Below are positions 36,831 to 48,139 of a stretch of 64,000 nt of DNA, piece after piece. Each line of letters starts with the position of its first letter. Position 1 is the first letter of the stretch. Made by a program: the position numbers and the translations under genes. The stretch covers positions 463,698 through 527,697 of the forward strand of contig NW_003314306.1 of NCBI RefSeq assembly GCF_000143415.4, given 5' to 3'. This DNA comes from Selaginella moellendorffii. Taxonomy: Eukaryota > Plantae > Lycopodiophyta. The notes beneath the pieces were generated by a model. The model did no database searches and was not told the DNA's origin. It was given only the letters and a program-made list of their open reading frames with translations.

Positions 36831-37631
36831 ATGGCATCGCGCATGGCGGGTCGGGCATTTGGGCGGCGCATTCTCCAGGCGGCGCCGTCGGCGTCGCGGC
36901 GGTCGGCGCCATTTGGATTCGCGGGCGCCGCGCCTCGCAATCCAGTAAGATCCAGGTAAATCCCTTTGTGGGTGTCACAGATTCTTGCTTCTTTGTGATC
37001 CCGAATCTCTCCTCTTTTGCGAATTCTCTTGTCCAGCCACTTTACGAGTACATTCGTTATTCTTCTCTCCTCCTCTTTGCAAATTCTCTTGTCCAGCCAC
37101 TTTGCGAGTTACATTCGTTATTCTTCTGTCCTCCTCGTTGCAAATTCTCTCGTCCAGCCACTTCGCGAGTTACATTCTAGTTGCCATTCCCTTCTCTTTT
37201 TGCTCAAACTTTGCAAGGTTTTCTAGCTTTCTCGTGTGCTGCCGCAAGCTTTCTAAGTTACCTTGCTTAGAGTTTTCTCTTCTGGCAGCTTCCCGATTAG
37301 CTTGCGAAGTATCGTGACGATTTATCTTTGCTGTTGCCTCTTTGGAGATCAAAGTCTCTTGTGTGCTCTTCCACTGCGAAGTTACATTAGAGTTTTCTCT
37401 TGTTGGTATGAATGACTATTACACACGTCGTTGCTCTCTCAAGTGGCAACTTTGAGAGCCTGTGACAAATCTCGATCTCTGCCTGGCAGGATCTTCCGGC
37501 GGGAGCTTCTGTCGATGCGGCCGCTCCACAGCGCGACGGCCGACTGCTGGATGGTGTCGCGGATCTCGGGCTGCGCAACCTGCTATGAAGGTGATCTCAG
37601 CTGTCTCTTGGTTCGTTCTCGGATATGGTAG
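36831..37631 (+). CDS. NFD6/NOXY2-like small organellar protein, copy 4 (more diverged)
   Basis: Exon 1 (36831-36955) MASRMAGRAFGRRILQ...; exon 2 RIFRRELLSMRPLHSATADCWMVSRISG...W*. AAACCCTA teloboxes lie upstream. Confidence 0.72.
37008..37180. repeat. ~60 bp tandem repeat x3 in intron
   Basis: CTCCTCTTTGCAAATTCTCTTGTCCAGCCACTTTGCGAGTTACATTCGTTATTCTT-like unit repeated three times. Confidence 0.85.
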
Positions 37632-37913
37632 AAACTGTTGCCATCACTTTAATATCAAAGGTGGGTGTTTCAGGCATCTATCTCAAGTGGTTGACGATGT
37701 GCCTCGAGAATTCGCAGTCGGTGGCAACAACATGATCAAGTGAAAGAAACCAAGACGAGAAATACCTCCTGTGGTGCCAGCTTTGCCTGGACTTGTCATC
37801 AGTTTAGTTATCTTGTTCTCATGCTTGTTCTCAAGAACTATCTGCAATTATTCAAGTGCACACATTTTTCTCCTTCGTGTTAAACGGAAATTTCTAAGTA
37901 CCTTGCTTTGCTG

Positions 37914-40900
37914 CTACCATCGGTTGCCAAACTGTCCATCCCACTCTCGAAGCTGGTCGAGGTATCCAGCGTTATAAGATAAATTAACCTGCGGAGGATT
38001 GTCAAAAAAACGCTTGACAACAACACTTGACATATAGAAGCATACCTCCTCCAGAGTACTCACGAAGTCCTGTGTTGTAAGTGGCCTTAGTTCTTGAGGC
38101 AGTGGCTGTCCAAAAGCATTTCTTTTGGCCTGAAAACGAGGATGAGTTCACGAAACAGTAAATTGAAATTGGAAGCAAGTCATTTACTTTCTCTAACTCC
38201 AGCATTTCTCGAACAGGCCGATACGCTGCAGCCACAGTTAAGTTCTGAAAGGAAGCAATAAACGTTATGAATCACAAACAACTTAAGAGTGACACCTTCA
38301 AGTCATTTGCGCTATAGCCATCAGTTAATTCTGCTACTCCTTTAAAGTCGAAGCCATTCTCAATCTCCTCCTTGGCAAGCAGCACAACAAGGATTTTTTC
38401 ACGGCTTGATAAATCTGGAAGATCCACGCACAATCTGCCATCAGAGAGATGAGCAACAATGTCGTTTTACTATTGAAAGTAGACCTTTTCGGGAACTTTT
38501 GAATGACTGATTCGTCCAAATGGAAGGGTCGGCATGTAGCTGCCATCACCACAACTGGCTCTGCTATTCCTGACATGAGCCGATCCCATCCATAGATAAA
38601 CTCGAACTTGAACCTCGTCATTGCTTCTCCAGCTTGTATGGCGAAAATACTGTCGATCTGATGACAGCGCTTACAAGAATAGAACAAAAATGAAAGTGAA
38701 ATGCACCTCATCGAGAAAAATAATTGATGGAGCCAGCCTGCGTGCAATTGAAAACCAGGGCTCTGGTCATCCGCTTCGGATCCTCAAGCCACTGCACCAC
38801 AGAAGCTTCAGTGCCAAACTCACAACCTCTATTAAGGGTACCTTGTACTCAATAGAATTGCCTCTAAGCCAAAATAAGTTCGCGGAAGACTGGGCTGCAA
38901 CGGCCTTTGTCAAGTAAGTCTTCCCAGTACCAGGCGGTCCATATAAAAGTACACCTTTGCAAGGCTATCCAGGCGTCAGAGACACAAAGGTCGTAAGCTT
39001 TCAAGACTTACACATGCCAACGCTCCCTTGGCAAAATGTTCTGGTCTCAGGAGGGGCACCACAACATGCTCTCCAAGAATTTTCTTCACATCCTCAAGTG
39101 CACCAACGTCATCAAATTTCGGTGTGCCGTTTGGCGCCAATATTGTAGACAACACAGCTTCTTCGAACTCGTCTTTTGCTACTAGCTGTCAAACAAAATT
39201 AAAAGCAGTCAAATTTGATACAAGCAAATACCTTAGGACCTTGCGCATGCTTGAGCCGTCTCAGCTTGAGAAGCGCTCTATCCAAGCTGCAAACCTGCAT
39301 TATCGATCTGATTAAACAGCACAATCTTCCACGTACCTGCCTGCCGAAAGAGAAGTTTTGGCAGTCGATTTGTCTACGTGAATATTCTGTGAGTTTGAAT
39401 ATTCGTAGCTCACTGCCCAACTTACAACGTACTCGGCCTCTGTAGTAACTTCAGTTCCTCAGCGTTCCTTCCAAAGAAGAATCGGCTTACCCGAGTATGT
39501 GAGAAGGAAGTCACATATTTGAAACTCCATAAATTCCAAACACACCAGGTTGTGGGACGTCAGAACCTGAAGAAACACTTAACAAATAAAAAATGAATGG
39601 AAAAATAGAAACCTGAACCTTCTGTAATAGTTGGATATTCTTATTCGCAGTAACACGCTCACCGTCTTGCAAAAGAAGCGCTTTCCATCTCCAGAAGTCT
39701 AGATCATCCTATGAGCTGCCAGAATCAGCTCAAGCCTAAACAGTCGTGTAAACGATACCTTTGGAGGAAAAATATCGACCACATTGGCGAATAAGTTATG
39801 TATACTCTTCAAGCTCTTCCTTTTAACCTGAAAAAAGCTGTCAAATGACAACGAGTGACAATTATAACTAGTTACCACAGAAAGAGGCTCATCTGCATCG
39901 GAAGTGAAGGTGGCAATAAGAGCGACGTTTCCAATCACTTTGTCCAATTGCCTTTGTAAATTGTCAATGATCTCCTGCTTCCAAGCTACAGGGACTGCTC
40001 TTTCAAACCATTGCTCAAGTTCCGGGAAGTACACAATCAAAGGCTTAGCGCTTCTACTTATCTGTAAAAATAAGATGAAAAAAAATCCAAGCATAAAAGA
40101 CAGGATACCTCGCACAAAGCGCTGATAGTGGCTTGCCATGCTGCAAGGAACATTGTATTTCCAGATTGATCCTTGTCAAAATCAGACGCTAAAGCAAGGC
40201 TGTTAACATATTCTCGGTAAAGTAAAAAAACGAGCTTACCATAATGCCATTCAATGGGAGGACTTCTTCGAATGTCCTCGAACCTTGTTGTTAACTTGAG
40301 TGCGTCCTCCGTCGCATCAAAGAGGATCCCAATCTTTCCAGAAACACTTTCAGAGACGGCAATGACTCGACCTCTACAATCAGTCTCAACAAATAAGTAA
40401 ATAAATATCGTAAAACTGAAAAACGCTACCTTTGCCTTTCGTCCCTTTTGCTTACGACACGATCACCTGAAAGCAGCATCTATGTCATTTAGGCAAATTG
40501 TAAAAGCTCTTACCTTTCCTGAACCCATATTTGAAGCCCGTCACCTTCAATGGTGTACCACATGTTCAGTAGAATACAGAGGCAGTATTACAAACTGTTA
40601 CCTTCGACATATCATCATCTGCTTCAACTGCATCAGTATAACCATCACCGTGATCCTGAAAGGAACACAAATTCTCGTAAGTCAAATGGACTGATAACAA
40701 AACAAAAATACACGAGAAACGAAGATGGATGGACATACAAGTTCTGGCAAGGAACCAGAACCTCAAGCACATACTTGAGGAGCAAGATCTGTACTATCGA
40801 GCATTAGTAACGCTACGCCTTGATCATGAGCAATTGCTTTCACCAGCATTTCCTGGTACATTTCCGAATCTTTCACACAAAAAGTCAGAGAGTTCGTTTT

Positions 40901-41418
40901 CACTTTGGCATTGAGGCTTACTTTGTGGACCATTCAGCAAGATCGTATTGCTGGAGGCACAAAGGCCGGACAAGTGACTCGCTCGTCTAGATTGATCGAG
41001 GCACGATCCCAGCGCCTCAACTAGGAAATCCCGAGTGACATCACTGGACACAATTTGCAACAGTTAGCATACCAGCAACGCGAAATAAGATTATATACCT
41101 CAGGTAATATGGAAACTTCGTCAAAGAAGCGTTGATTCTCTCGGCGGGCTGTATTTTCTCCACGAAATACTTCTTCAGTGACAGCTTCAAACCTGTCCCG
41201 ACCGCTTTTCTATACTCGAAAGCTTCCCTTGCGACAGTCACGTCTCTCTCGAGCCGTTCCCGTTCCTGCTGTGCCTCGCACAACGCCTTGGATGCCAAGT
41301 CCACTTTCCGTTCGGCCTCGCAGAGATCCTTGCATTTAAGTTCCTCCCTCCGCCTCTCGAAATCTAGCAAGTCATCAAACTCGTCACCATCCTGCTGAGC
41401 ACCAAGAGCTCCATCCAC
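37914..41418 (-). pseudogene. Plant long-form MSP1/ATAD1-like AAA+ ATPase (At1g50140/At3g19740-like) with a single +1 frameshift
   Basis: About 18 exons give FPYYLSDVTRDFL, ILLNGPQNSEMYQEMLVKAIAH, PLIVYFPELEQWFERAVP, FDDVGALEDVK, Walker A GPPGTGKT and Walker B IIFLDE. Exon 38791-38707 is 85 nt (one extra G at ~38755). Stop at 37914. Confidence 0.85.
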
Positions 41419-41479
41419 CTGAAAAAACGCAAACATTATATGGCAGAAAACGGCAAAAAAAAAAAAAAACCAAACTTAC

Positions 41480-42332
41480 AGGTCCATTCCTGAATCCCAC
41501 GCATCCGTCTTGAGACCGCATAAGCAACTTAGCACGCTTCTTATCAACTTTAGCAAGCTCAGCCAGCCTGCGCTGCCAGTCGACGTTCCTCTCCCTCTCC
41601 ACCTCTTTGAGCAAATCTCCATATCCATCACCGGCCGCGACACCCACGCCCGAATCCCGTTTCCTCTTGGTCGCCCTCGTCATCTTCTTCCCAGAGCCCA
41701 GCCGTGGACTCAAGCCAGCAGCATTCGAGAACTCCTGGTAGCTGCTCGTCTCCGCCGCTTGGCCCGCCACCACGTTTGAGTTCTCACTCGGCGAAGCGTC
41801 CAGGCCAGTCTCCCCAGGACCCTCGAGAAGAAGAGTGTGACCACCTCTTCCAAAAGAGTTCCCGGACTGTGGCGACGTAGTAGGCAAGCTCGCGGCCGGA
41901 ATGTTGAAGATCAAGTCGCCACCATTGTCGAGAACCACGACGTCCTCCTCGTCACTCCCCTCGGTATCCTCTCCACAGCCATCGCCCACGGCGGGCTGTC
42001 CAGAGATGGGCGAAGCTCCCGCGGCGGAGAGCTTGGTGGTGTTGCCAAAGAGCTTGTTCATCACCACGTAAAACTCCCAGGGAGAGGTGTGGCCAGTGGG
42101 AGCGTACTTCATCCTCTCGCGCTTGTAGCGCTTCTTGAGGTTGTCCACCTTGGTCCGGCATTGCTGCTCGTTCATGCTGATGCCACAGAACTCGTTCACC
42201 TTGTTGGAGACCTCGGTCCACTGCGCCATGGTGAGATTGCCCATGTTGCTCTTGGTCCACACGTCCTTGAAGCACTCGAGCAGCATGATCGCGTGCATAA
42301 AAGGCCAGGAATCTCGGTTGGCCTTGCGCTTG

Positions 42333-42371
<39 letters not shown>

Positions 42372-42827
42372 TGGCACTGTGATTGCTGCTGCTGCTGGGG
42401 ATGGCTGGAATCGCCATTGGCGGCATTGCTCATCCCTGGCGAGAAAAATCACACTGTGAGCTCCGCACAGATCGATAGAATTGACAATCCCGAGGATAAT
42501 TCTTAAAATCTAGCTGACAGGGATGGAAGAAACAAGAAATCTCAGGCGCTTGGATCGAGATGAAAATCTAGGCGAGAGAGGAAACGAAAGATTTTTGAAA
42601 ATCTAGCCGAGAAATCTCTGGAATCTAGGCTCTTGGATCGAGATAGAAATCTAGGCGAGAGAGGAACCGAAAGATTTTCGAAAATCTAGCCGAGAGAGGG
42701 AATGTCTAGCGCCGCGCATTCGCAGAAGCGCACATTTCTCACCTGACATCGATGCCGCCCCCGCCGCTGCCGCCGCCTCGCCCTTGCGCGCCCGGGCGGC
42801 AGCATCCAGGCTAACGTTTAGATCCAT
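41480..42827 (-). CDS. Trihelix (Myb/SANT-like) transcription-factor exons, apparently spliced in frame to the AAA ATPase
   Basis: Exon 1 MDLNVSLDAAA... (ATG 42827). Exon 2 has polyQ, W..LLECFKDVW...QWTEVS...QCRTKVDNLKKRYKRE...PWEFY..M and a C-terminal coiled coil. Donor at 41479. Confidence 0.85.
42335..42397 (-). repeat. CAG trinucleotide (polyQ) tract
   Basis: (CTG)n on the + strand encodes QQQQQSQCQQQQQQQQQQQQQ. Confidence 0.95.
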
Positions 42828-42879
42828 CCCCTTTTAGGGCTCTTCAAATTGGAGAGAGAATTTAGGGTTCTTGGGCTCA

Positions 42880-43469
42880 ATGGCAGGGAGGGGGGGCAAA
42901 GCGCAGGAAGGCGGCAAGCGCAAGCGCGGAATGTTTAGCAAAGAATGTAAGCATGGAATTTCTCATCTCTTTCGGTTTCTTTGGATCGATCGATCGCTCG
43001 CGCTTTTGCAGTGAGGCTCATGATGTATGGATTTGGAGACGATATTTGTGTAAGCTCGCTTTCTTGTTCTAGTTTCTCTCTAAGCTCGTCTTAAAAGACT
43101 CCTACAGCCTCTTCAAGAATCGGTAGCTCTTATGGAGGACATGATGATCGAATATATCACTGATATGGTGTGCTTCGTTTTTTTCTTCTTACCTTTGCTA
43201 ACTAGAATTTTTTCCAGGTTCACAAGGCTCAAGAAGTATCCTCGAAGAGAGGAAAGCTCACAACAGAAGACGTGATGTTTCTCGTCCGCAAGGTAACGAT
43301 TTAATCTTTGTTTAGCGAAATGGTCATCGAGCTTCTATTATTCCAGGACATCCGCAAGTATGCCCGTGTGAAAGAGCTCTTGTCCATGAACGAGGAACTA
43401 AAACGTGCCAGGAAAGTTCTAAACGAGGACCTGGACGAGCAAAAGCTTGCCGCGCTAGAAACCCAGTGA
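42880..43469 (+). CDS. TAF13: Transcription initiation factor TFIID subunit 13
   Basis: Five exons give KRKRGMFSKELRLMMYGFGDD..PLQESVALMEDMMIEYITDMVHKAQ...RGKLTTEDVMFLVRKDIRKYARVKELLSMNEELKRARK. Confidence 0.95.
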
Positions 43470-43955
43470 AGAAGGCGACGCTAGCTCGTCGACAAGTAGC
43501 AGTAATTTATGCGGTAAGTAGCATACGTCCAGCGAAGAAGACAGTGACAAAAGTAAAAGCAATTCAAGCTTGACATAGATAGGTAGATGAATCCGGGTGA
43601 TTCATACAGACGGGGATATAGATTGGTCGACCGATCCGGATGGTTGGTTCATACAGGTGTTCAAAAAGATCACTCCTTTTGGTCATCTTCGTGGGAAGCA
43701 GTAGGGATGGCCAGGTTATGACAGGAATCTGTCATTACAGCACGGTGGAGGAGATGCCACCATTCGAATCCGTGCTTCGGATATCCTTCAAGACAAAAAG
43801 AGCCGACACGAGTTTCACGGAAAACTCGTACTGAGAGTCCGAGGCGGCGTCTTTCGTGTGAGAGGCAAGGCAACTTATAAGTAGCAGCAGCAGCAGCAGC
43901 AGAAAGCAGCAGCAGCGGTTTCATTCTTCTTTCGCTTGTGTGTGACTTCTTTGTC

Positions 43956-44492
43956 ATGGCGGCAGGACTGAAAAGCAGCAGCGTTCCGTTTCACGCTCTG
44001 GGTGTGAATTCCAGCGCCAAAAAGGCAGCTCCGTCGAGCAAAGGTGTCAGAGCATACAGGGACTCGAAGTATGAAGCCAAAGGTTCTCAAGCTCTCGCTC
44101 TCCCGAATGGAGTGCACAGCATGAAGTCCGACAGAAGCTCTCGGGGGAATCACTTTCAAGCTCTCGAGACATCTCCCAGTGGCACGCAAGCTATCCAACA
44201 CTCTCGCAGCGATTCCCAAGTTCTCGACTTGATCAACTCCACAGCAGCGAGCTCTCGTCCTTGGTGGAGTCCACTTTTCGATTTCTCCAGAGAGGTCTAC
44301 GACTTGGATGCTTCTACTGACGAGATTGGCGATGAGATTCAAGCAGGGAAAGCTCCGAGCCGGGAAGTTCCGCTAGAACCAGAAGAGAAATTCAAGCTGC
44401 TAAGATCTCAGCTCCGGGAATCTGAGAGCTGGCACGACACCATGTATCACTCGGCCATAGCTTCACGCCTCGCAACTAGAGCTCGAGATTGA
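43956..44492 (+). CDS. Conserved plant protein of unknown function (At1g52720/At3g15630-like)
   Basis: Motifs WWSPLFDFS and EEKFKLLR...SWHDTMYHSAIASRLA. A TATA at ~43877 and (GCA)n lie in the leader. Confidence 0.8.
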   Translation: MAAGLKSSSVPFHALGVNSSAKKAAPSSKGVRAYRDSKYEAKGSQALALPNGVHSMKSDRSSRGNHFQALETSPSGTQAIQHSRSDSQVLDLINSTAASSRPWWSPLFDFSREVYDLDASTDEIGDEIQAGKAPSREVPLEPEEKFKLLRSQLRESESWHDTMYHSAIASRLATRARD

Positions 44493-44628
44493 GCTCGAGA
44501 TTGGTAGATAAAATCGATCGCATTCTTTGTTTTAATTCTTTTGCAAGTGTACATACACGATGATGAATACTACAACATATCGCCTTTGGGCGTTTACAAA
44601 TGTGTGTGTGTTCGTTGCGTTGTTTTTG

Positions 44629-46352
44629 CTATGGCTGCTTTACTCTCACTCTCCTTCCAGTACCGTCGGTTCCATCCGCCAAGTGTGTCCATACGGACCT
44701 TCGTTTAGATCCGGGCCTTAGTTCGTCGTCGTCGCCTCCTTCCACTCCAGCCACCGTTCTTAGCAATTCCGATTGCAATGACGGGCAGCTCTCCTTCAAG
44801 TAGTCGAAGCCATCGCTTTGGATCACGGCTAGAAAGACGAAACGAAAAGAAACTTCAGTCGAAGAAGAGAAACAAAATGGAGATATCAAACCTGCCAAGT
44901 TGGAAGCGGCAAACTTGAGGCAAACTCTCTTGAGTTGCGTCGCATGGTGCTGCTCCGCTAGAGCTAGTGTCGTCGCCACTGTGTCTATGCTCACGTCCTC
45001 GCAGAGCTTTGCCTCGCAAACTATCCTCAGCCGGTCCAGTCCATAGCGATCAGCCGCGGCGAGCAAATGTTGAGCCATCATCGTGGAGGCCAAAGATGTT
45101 GACGAGTAAGAGCTCGAGGACAGCACCTCACTCGCATCTGGAAGCGCATCCCTGTATATAAAGTAAAGCATTGCCTGGAGAAACAAAAACGCTGTCAATC
45201 AGTTCGAGGCTTAGAATCGCTTACATACCTCGAAAACCGGAGCCTTGATATCTTCCAGTTGTAACAACTTAACGTTGGAGTCACTGAGAGGCCCGTTGAG
45301 TTGCGCTCGAAAAACGGGAGATCGAGCCGCCAGGACCATCTTGTGCGCGTGGAACACCTCTCCGTCCACCTCAAAAGTAATGTCCGATCCCTCTCCAGAC
45401 TCCAAAAGTGCTCCAAAGTGGCGGCCAATGTCCGACTCTGGCACTGGCAGACTTTGCTGACGCAAAGCCTGCATTGACGAGACAACCACGCCAACAGTGC
45501 AGGTGATGGAAAGGCTATCATCTTTCAGATAATCCGAGGTCTCTAGCACCGCGCGGCGAAAGAAACGTTTATAGCCCCTGTAAGTCGAGAAAGCTTGACT
45601 GAGTTAGAAATGTCGAGATGGGGATAAAAGAAAATTGAAAATCCTTGAGCTGGAATGCAAGAGAGTATATTTCATGCCGGCCTTGTCAAAGACGCTATCC
45701 ATTCCAACTTGGAGCTGGAAAATTCCCGTTGATCAATACGTGCTAAGCAAGTGACTAATGCACAGACCCCGAGGAAAACGCAAGCAGTCGTCTACTGAAA
45801 ACTCAAGTCACGCTACAATCGGCATAAAGTGCGCACAAAGCATAGAATCCAGACCCGACTGTCACAAGGAAGAAAACCAGCTAGCTAGCAAACCAAAGAT
45901 CACAAGGAAGAAAACCAAAGCAAAAGCGAAAGAATTACGTACCACATACTCCCTCGATACTTGAGAGTGTAAGGACCACTCTCAAGCGATCGATCAAAGT
46001 GGCTGTGAACCTTGTGCTTGTCTTTGCCACTCTGATCCAAGAGCGTCAGCTCAAACAGCGCTCTCACGTCCGTGCCTTCGCTCGCGAGAGCTATAAACAC
46101 CGAGACGTAGAGGGAGCTATCCTCCGTGTTCTTGCCGTCTGGATAGAAGTAGACCGCCCACTGGTAATTCCCCACCGAGAAGGTGTTGCTAGAGATGTAC
46201 TTGCCGACGCCCATCCCCTTGGCAAGGGAGTAGCCATTGATGGTGAAGTGATGCGAGCCATTCACAGTCTCGGTCACGGAGCGTGATCGCGAGGACGCGG
46301 CGATGGATGGATTGGCCGCGGCAGTGGCTCCCTCCTCCGGATCTCGTGCCAT
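44629..46352 (-). CDS. BPM: BTB/POZ and MATH domain protein (CUL3 adaptor)
   Basis: [29 protein letters not shown]...[14 protein letters not shown] (MATH); [15 protein letters not shown] (BTB); [11 protein letters not shown]...[12 protein letters not shown]. Confidence 0.96.
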
Positions 46353-48139
46353 GGACGAGAAATTTCACCCCCGGATTCTTCACAACCGCATGAAGGCACT
46401 AAACCCTAGAGTACCTCGATCGATCGATCGCCTGCCTCGCGCGTGCTAGAATTCCAGGCGCGCACGAGCATCCCTAGAAACGCGAGCCCTCGCGCGCACG
46501 CACGCGTTTCTTGCGCCGCCGTGCGTACGCCCTAAAAGACAGAGAGACCATTAAATTAGTTAATTTAATTGTAATGTGATTAGATTTTATAAATTCTAAC
46601 GTAACAGTTTAACTTAATGGTAATTTGTTCAGACGAGAAATTACCATTAAATTAGCTTAATGATAAAATTAGCATTTTCTTTGTATTTTTCCTTAAAATC
46701 CTAATGTTACACTTTTCTAGCATTAAAAGTAAGACTTTTCTTTAGGGCTTTAGCACACATGTGGTAGAGTTCCCTATTTAATTTCTTCCTTATCTCAGAC
46801 TGTGCAAAATGATGCTAAGATCAAAAAGAGCATGATCTTGCCAATGTGCCAATCAATCAATTGCTAAGCTCTCAAGCTGTGCAATCAATCAATCTATGTG
46901 CTACTAGAGTTTTGAGGGATTGATAATTAATCAATTGCACTCAATCGTTACAATCACTAGTTTAAGGGGAAAGAGATAGAGTATGTTATATGTGGTATTA
47001 GAGTAAATGGCATGGGTTCAATTTCTATTATTTAATGGCTACTTAAAAATATAATATACTTCTAAGTAAAGTATATTCCTACTCCTAAATTTGAAATCAT
47101 ACATATGAGGCATCGATACATATGCCTTTCCTATTATGGAGCATCTATGGATAAAGTTAAGAAATATACTCTAAAATTTGAAATTATATATATTGAGTAT
47201 CCATACATATGTCTTTTCTCTTTTGGAGCATCCATAAATGGAGGTAGGACTATAGTATAGGTAAATTATTAGTTGACTCACTTGAAATAACTAATCTATA
47301 CAATGGAAGGATTAATAAATTTAGTGTGGAAATGACCCCTATCTTAGTAGGGGTTATTAATTAATAATATACCTCTTACAATATAAAGGTTATATTAGAT
47401 AATTTATAAAATAACTAGTCTATACAATAGAAGGATTGATAGATTCCCTTTGGCTCAATAGTGGTTATTAATCACTATCCATAGCTCAATATCAAAAGCT
47501 TAGTTATGTGGATAGTTTATAAATTTGAGAAATTATGGATTTTTCTTTTATCGTTAGAGAATTTTAGAAAGTCCCAAATCTATGTTGGTATGTTAGGATT
47601 GCATTAGATGTGGCAATGGATACCTATAGTGCCCATTAGATTTTAAGGAATATCCTTCAAGTTTTTTATAAGGATCTGTAGGAATATTTGATTTCATGTG
47701 CATAATATACATTTTTATTTATAGAATATTCAATTTCACATATAAAATATTCTTTTAAAACTAATATGTGATGCCACATGGAATGTTTTACATGCAATAT
47801 GAACTTTTTTCACATAGCACCAATTTACAAATAATATGCTATAGAGTGTGGCTAGTGTTCTCTTTGATGGAGCAAGTGGCAGTACAATTTTAGAGGTCAG
47901 GCAAAACCAATAGGCCATAGTAGCTATCAAATGGAGTTTCTATGGATGCTCATGGCATAGATGGCATGGATATTATTGCATAGTGCCTAATCTACATCCT
48001 AGGCAAATGTGTGAGAGAGTATAGAGAGGAGGGGAATTGCAAGTGTGGCTTCTAGAGCACCATCTGTTTTTTTTCTTTATATCTTTGAGGATATATTATA
48101 TATCTATTCAAGAGAGGGAACTTTGTGATGGGAATTTTC

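Noticed and set aside
43640-43834. 64-aa ORF as a conserved uORF of the downstream gene
   Set aside because: It lies upstream of the probable TATA (~43877) and has no recognisable peptide conservation.
47070-47450. Short duplications (~85 bp and ~40 bp) as DNA-transposon subterminal repeats
   Set aside because: No TIR or TSD could be identified, so no element can be assigned.
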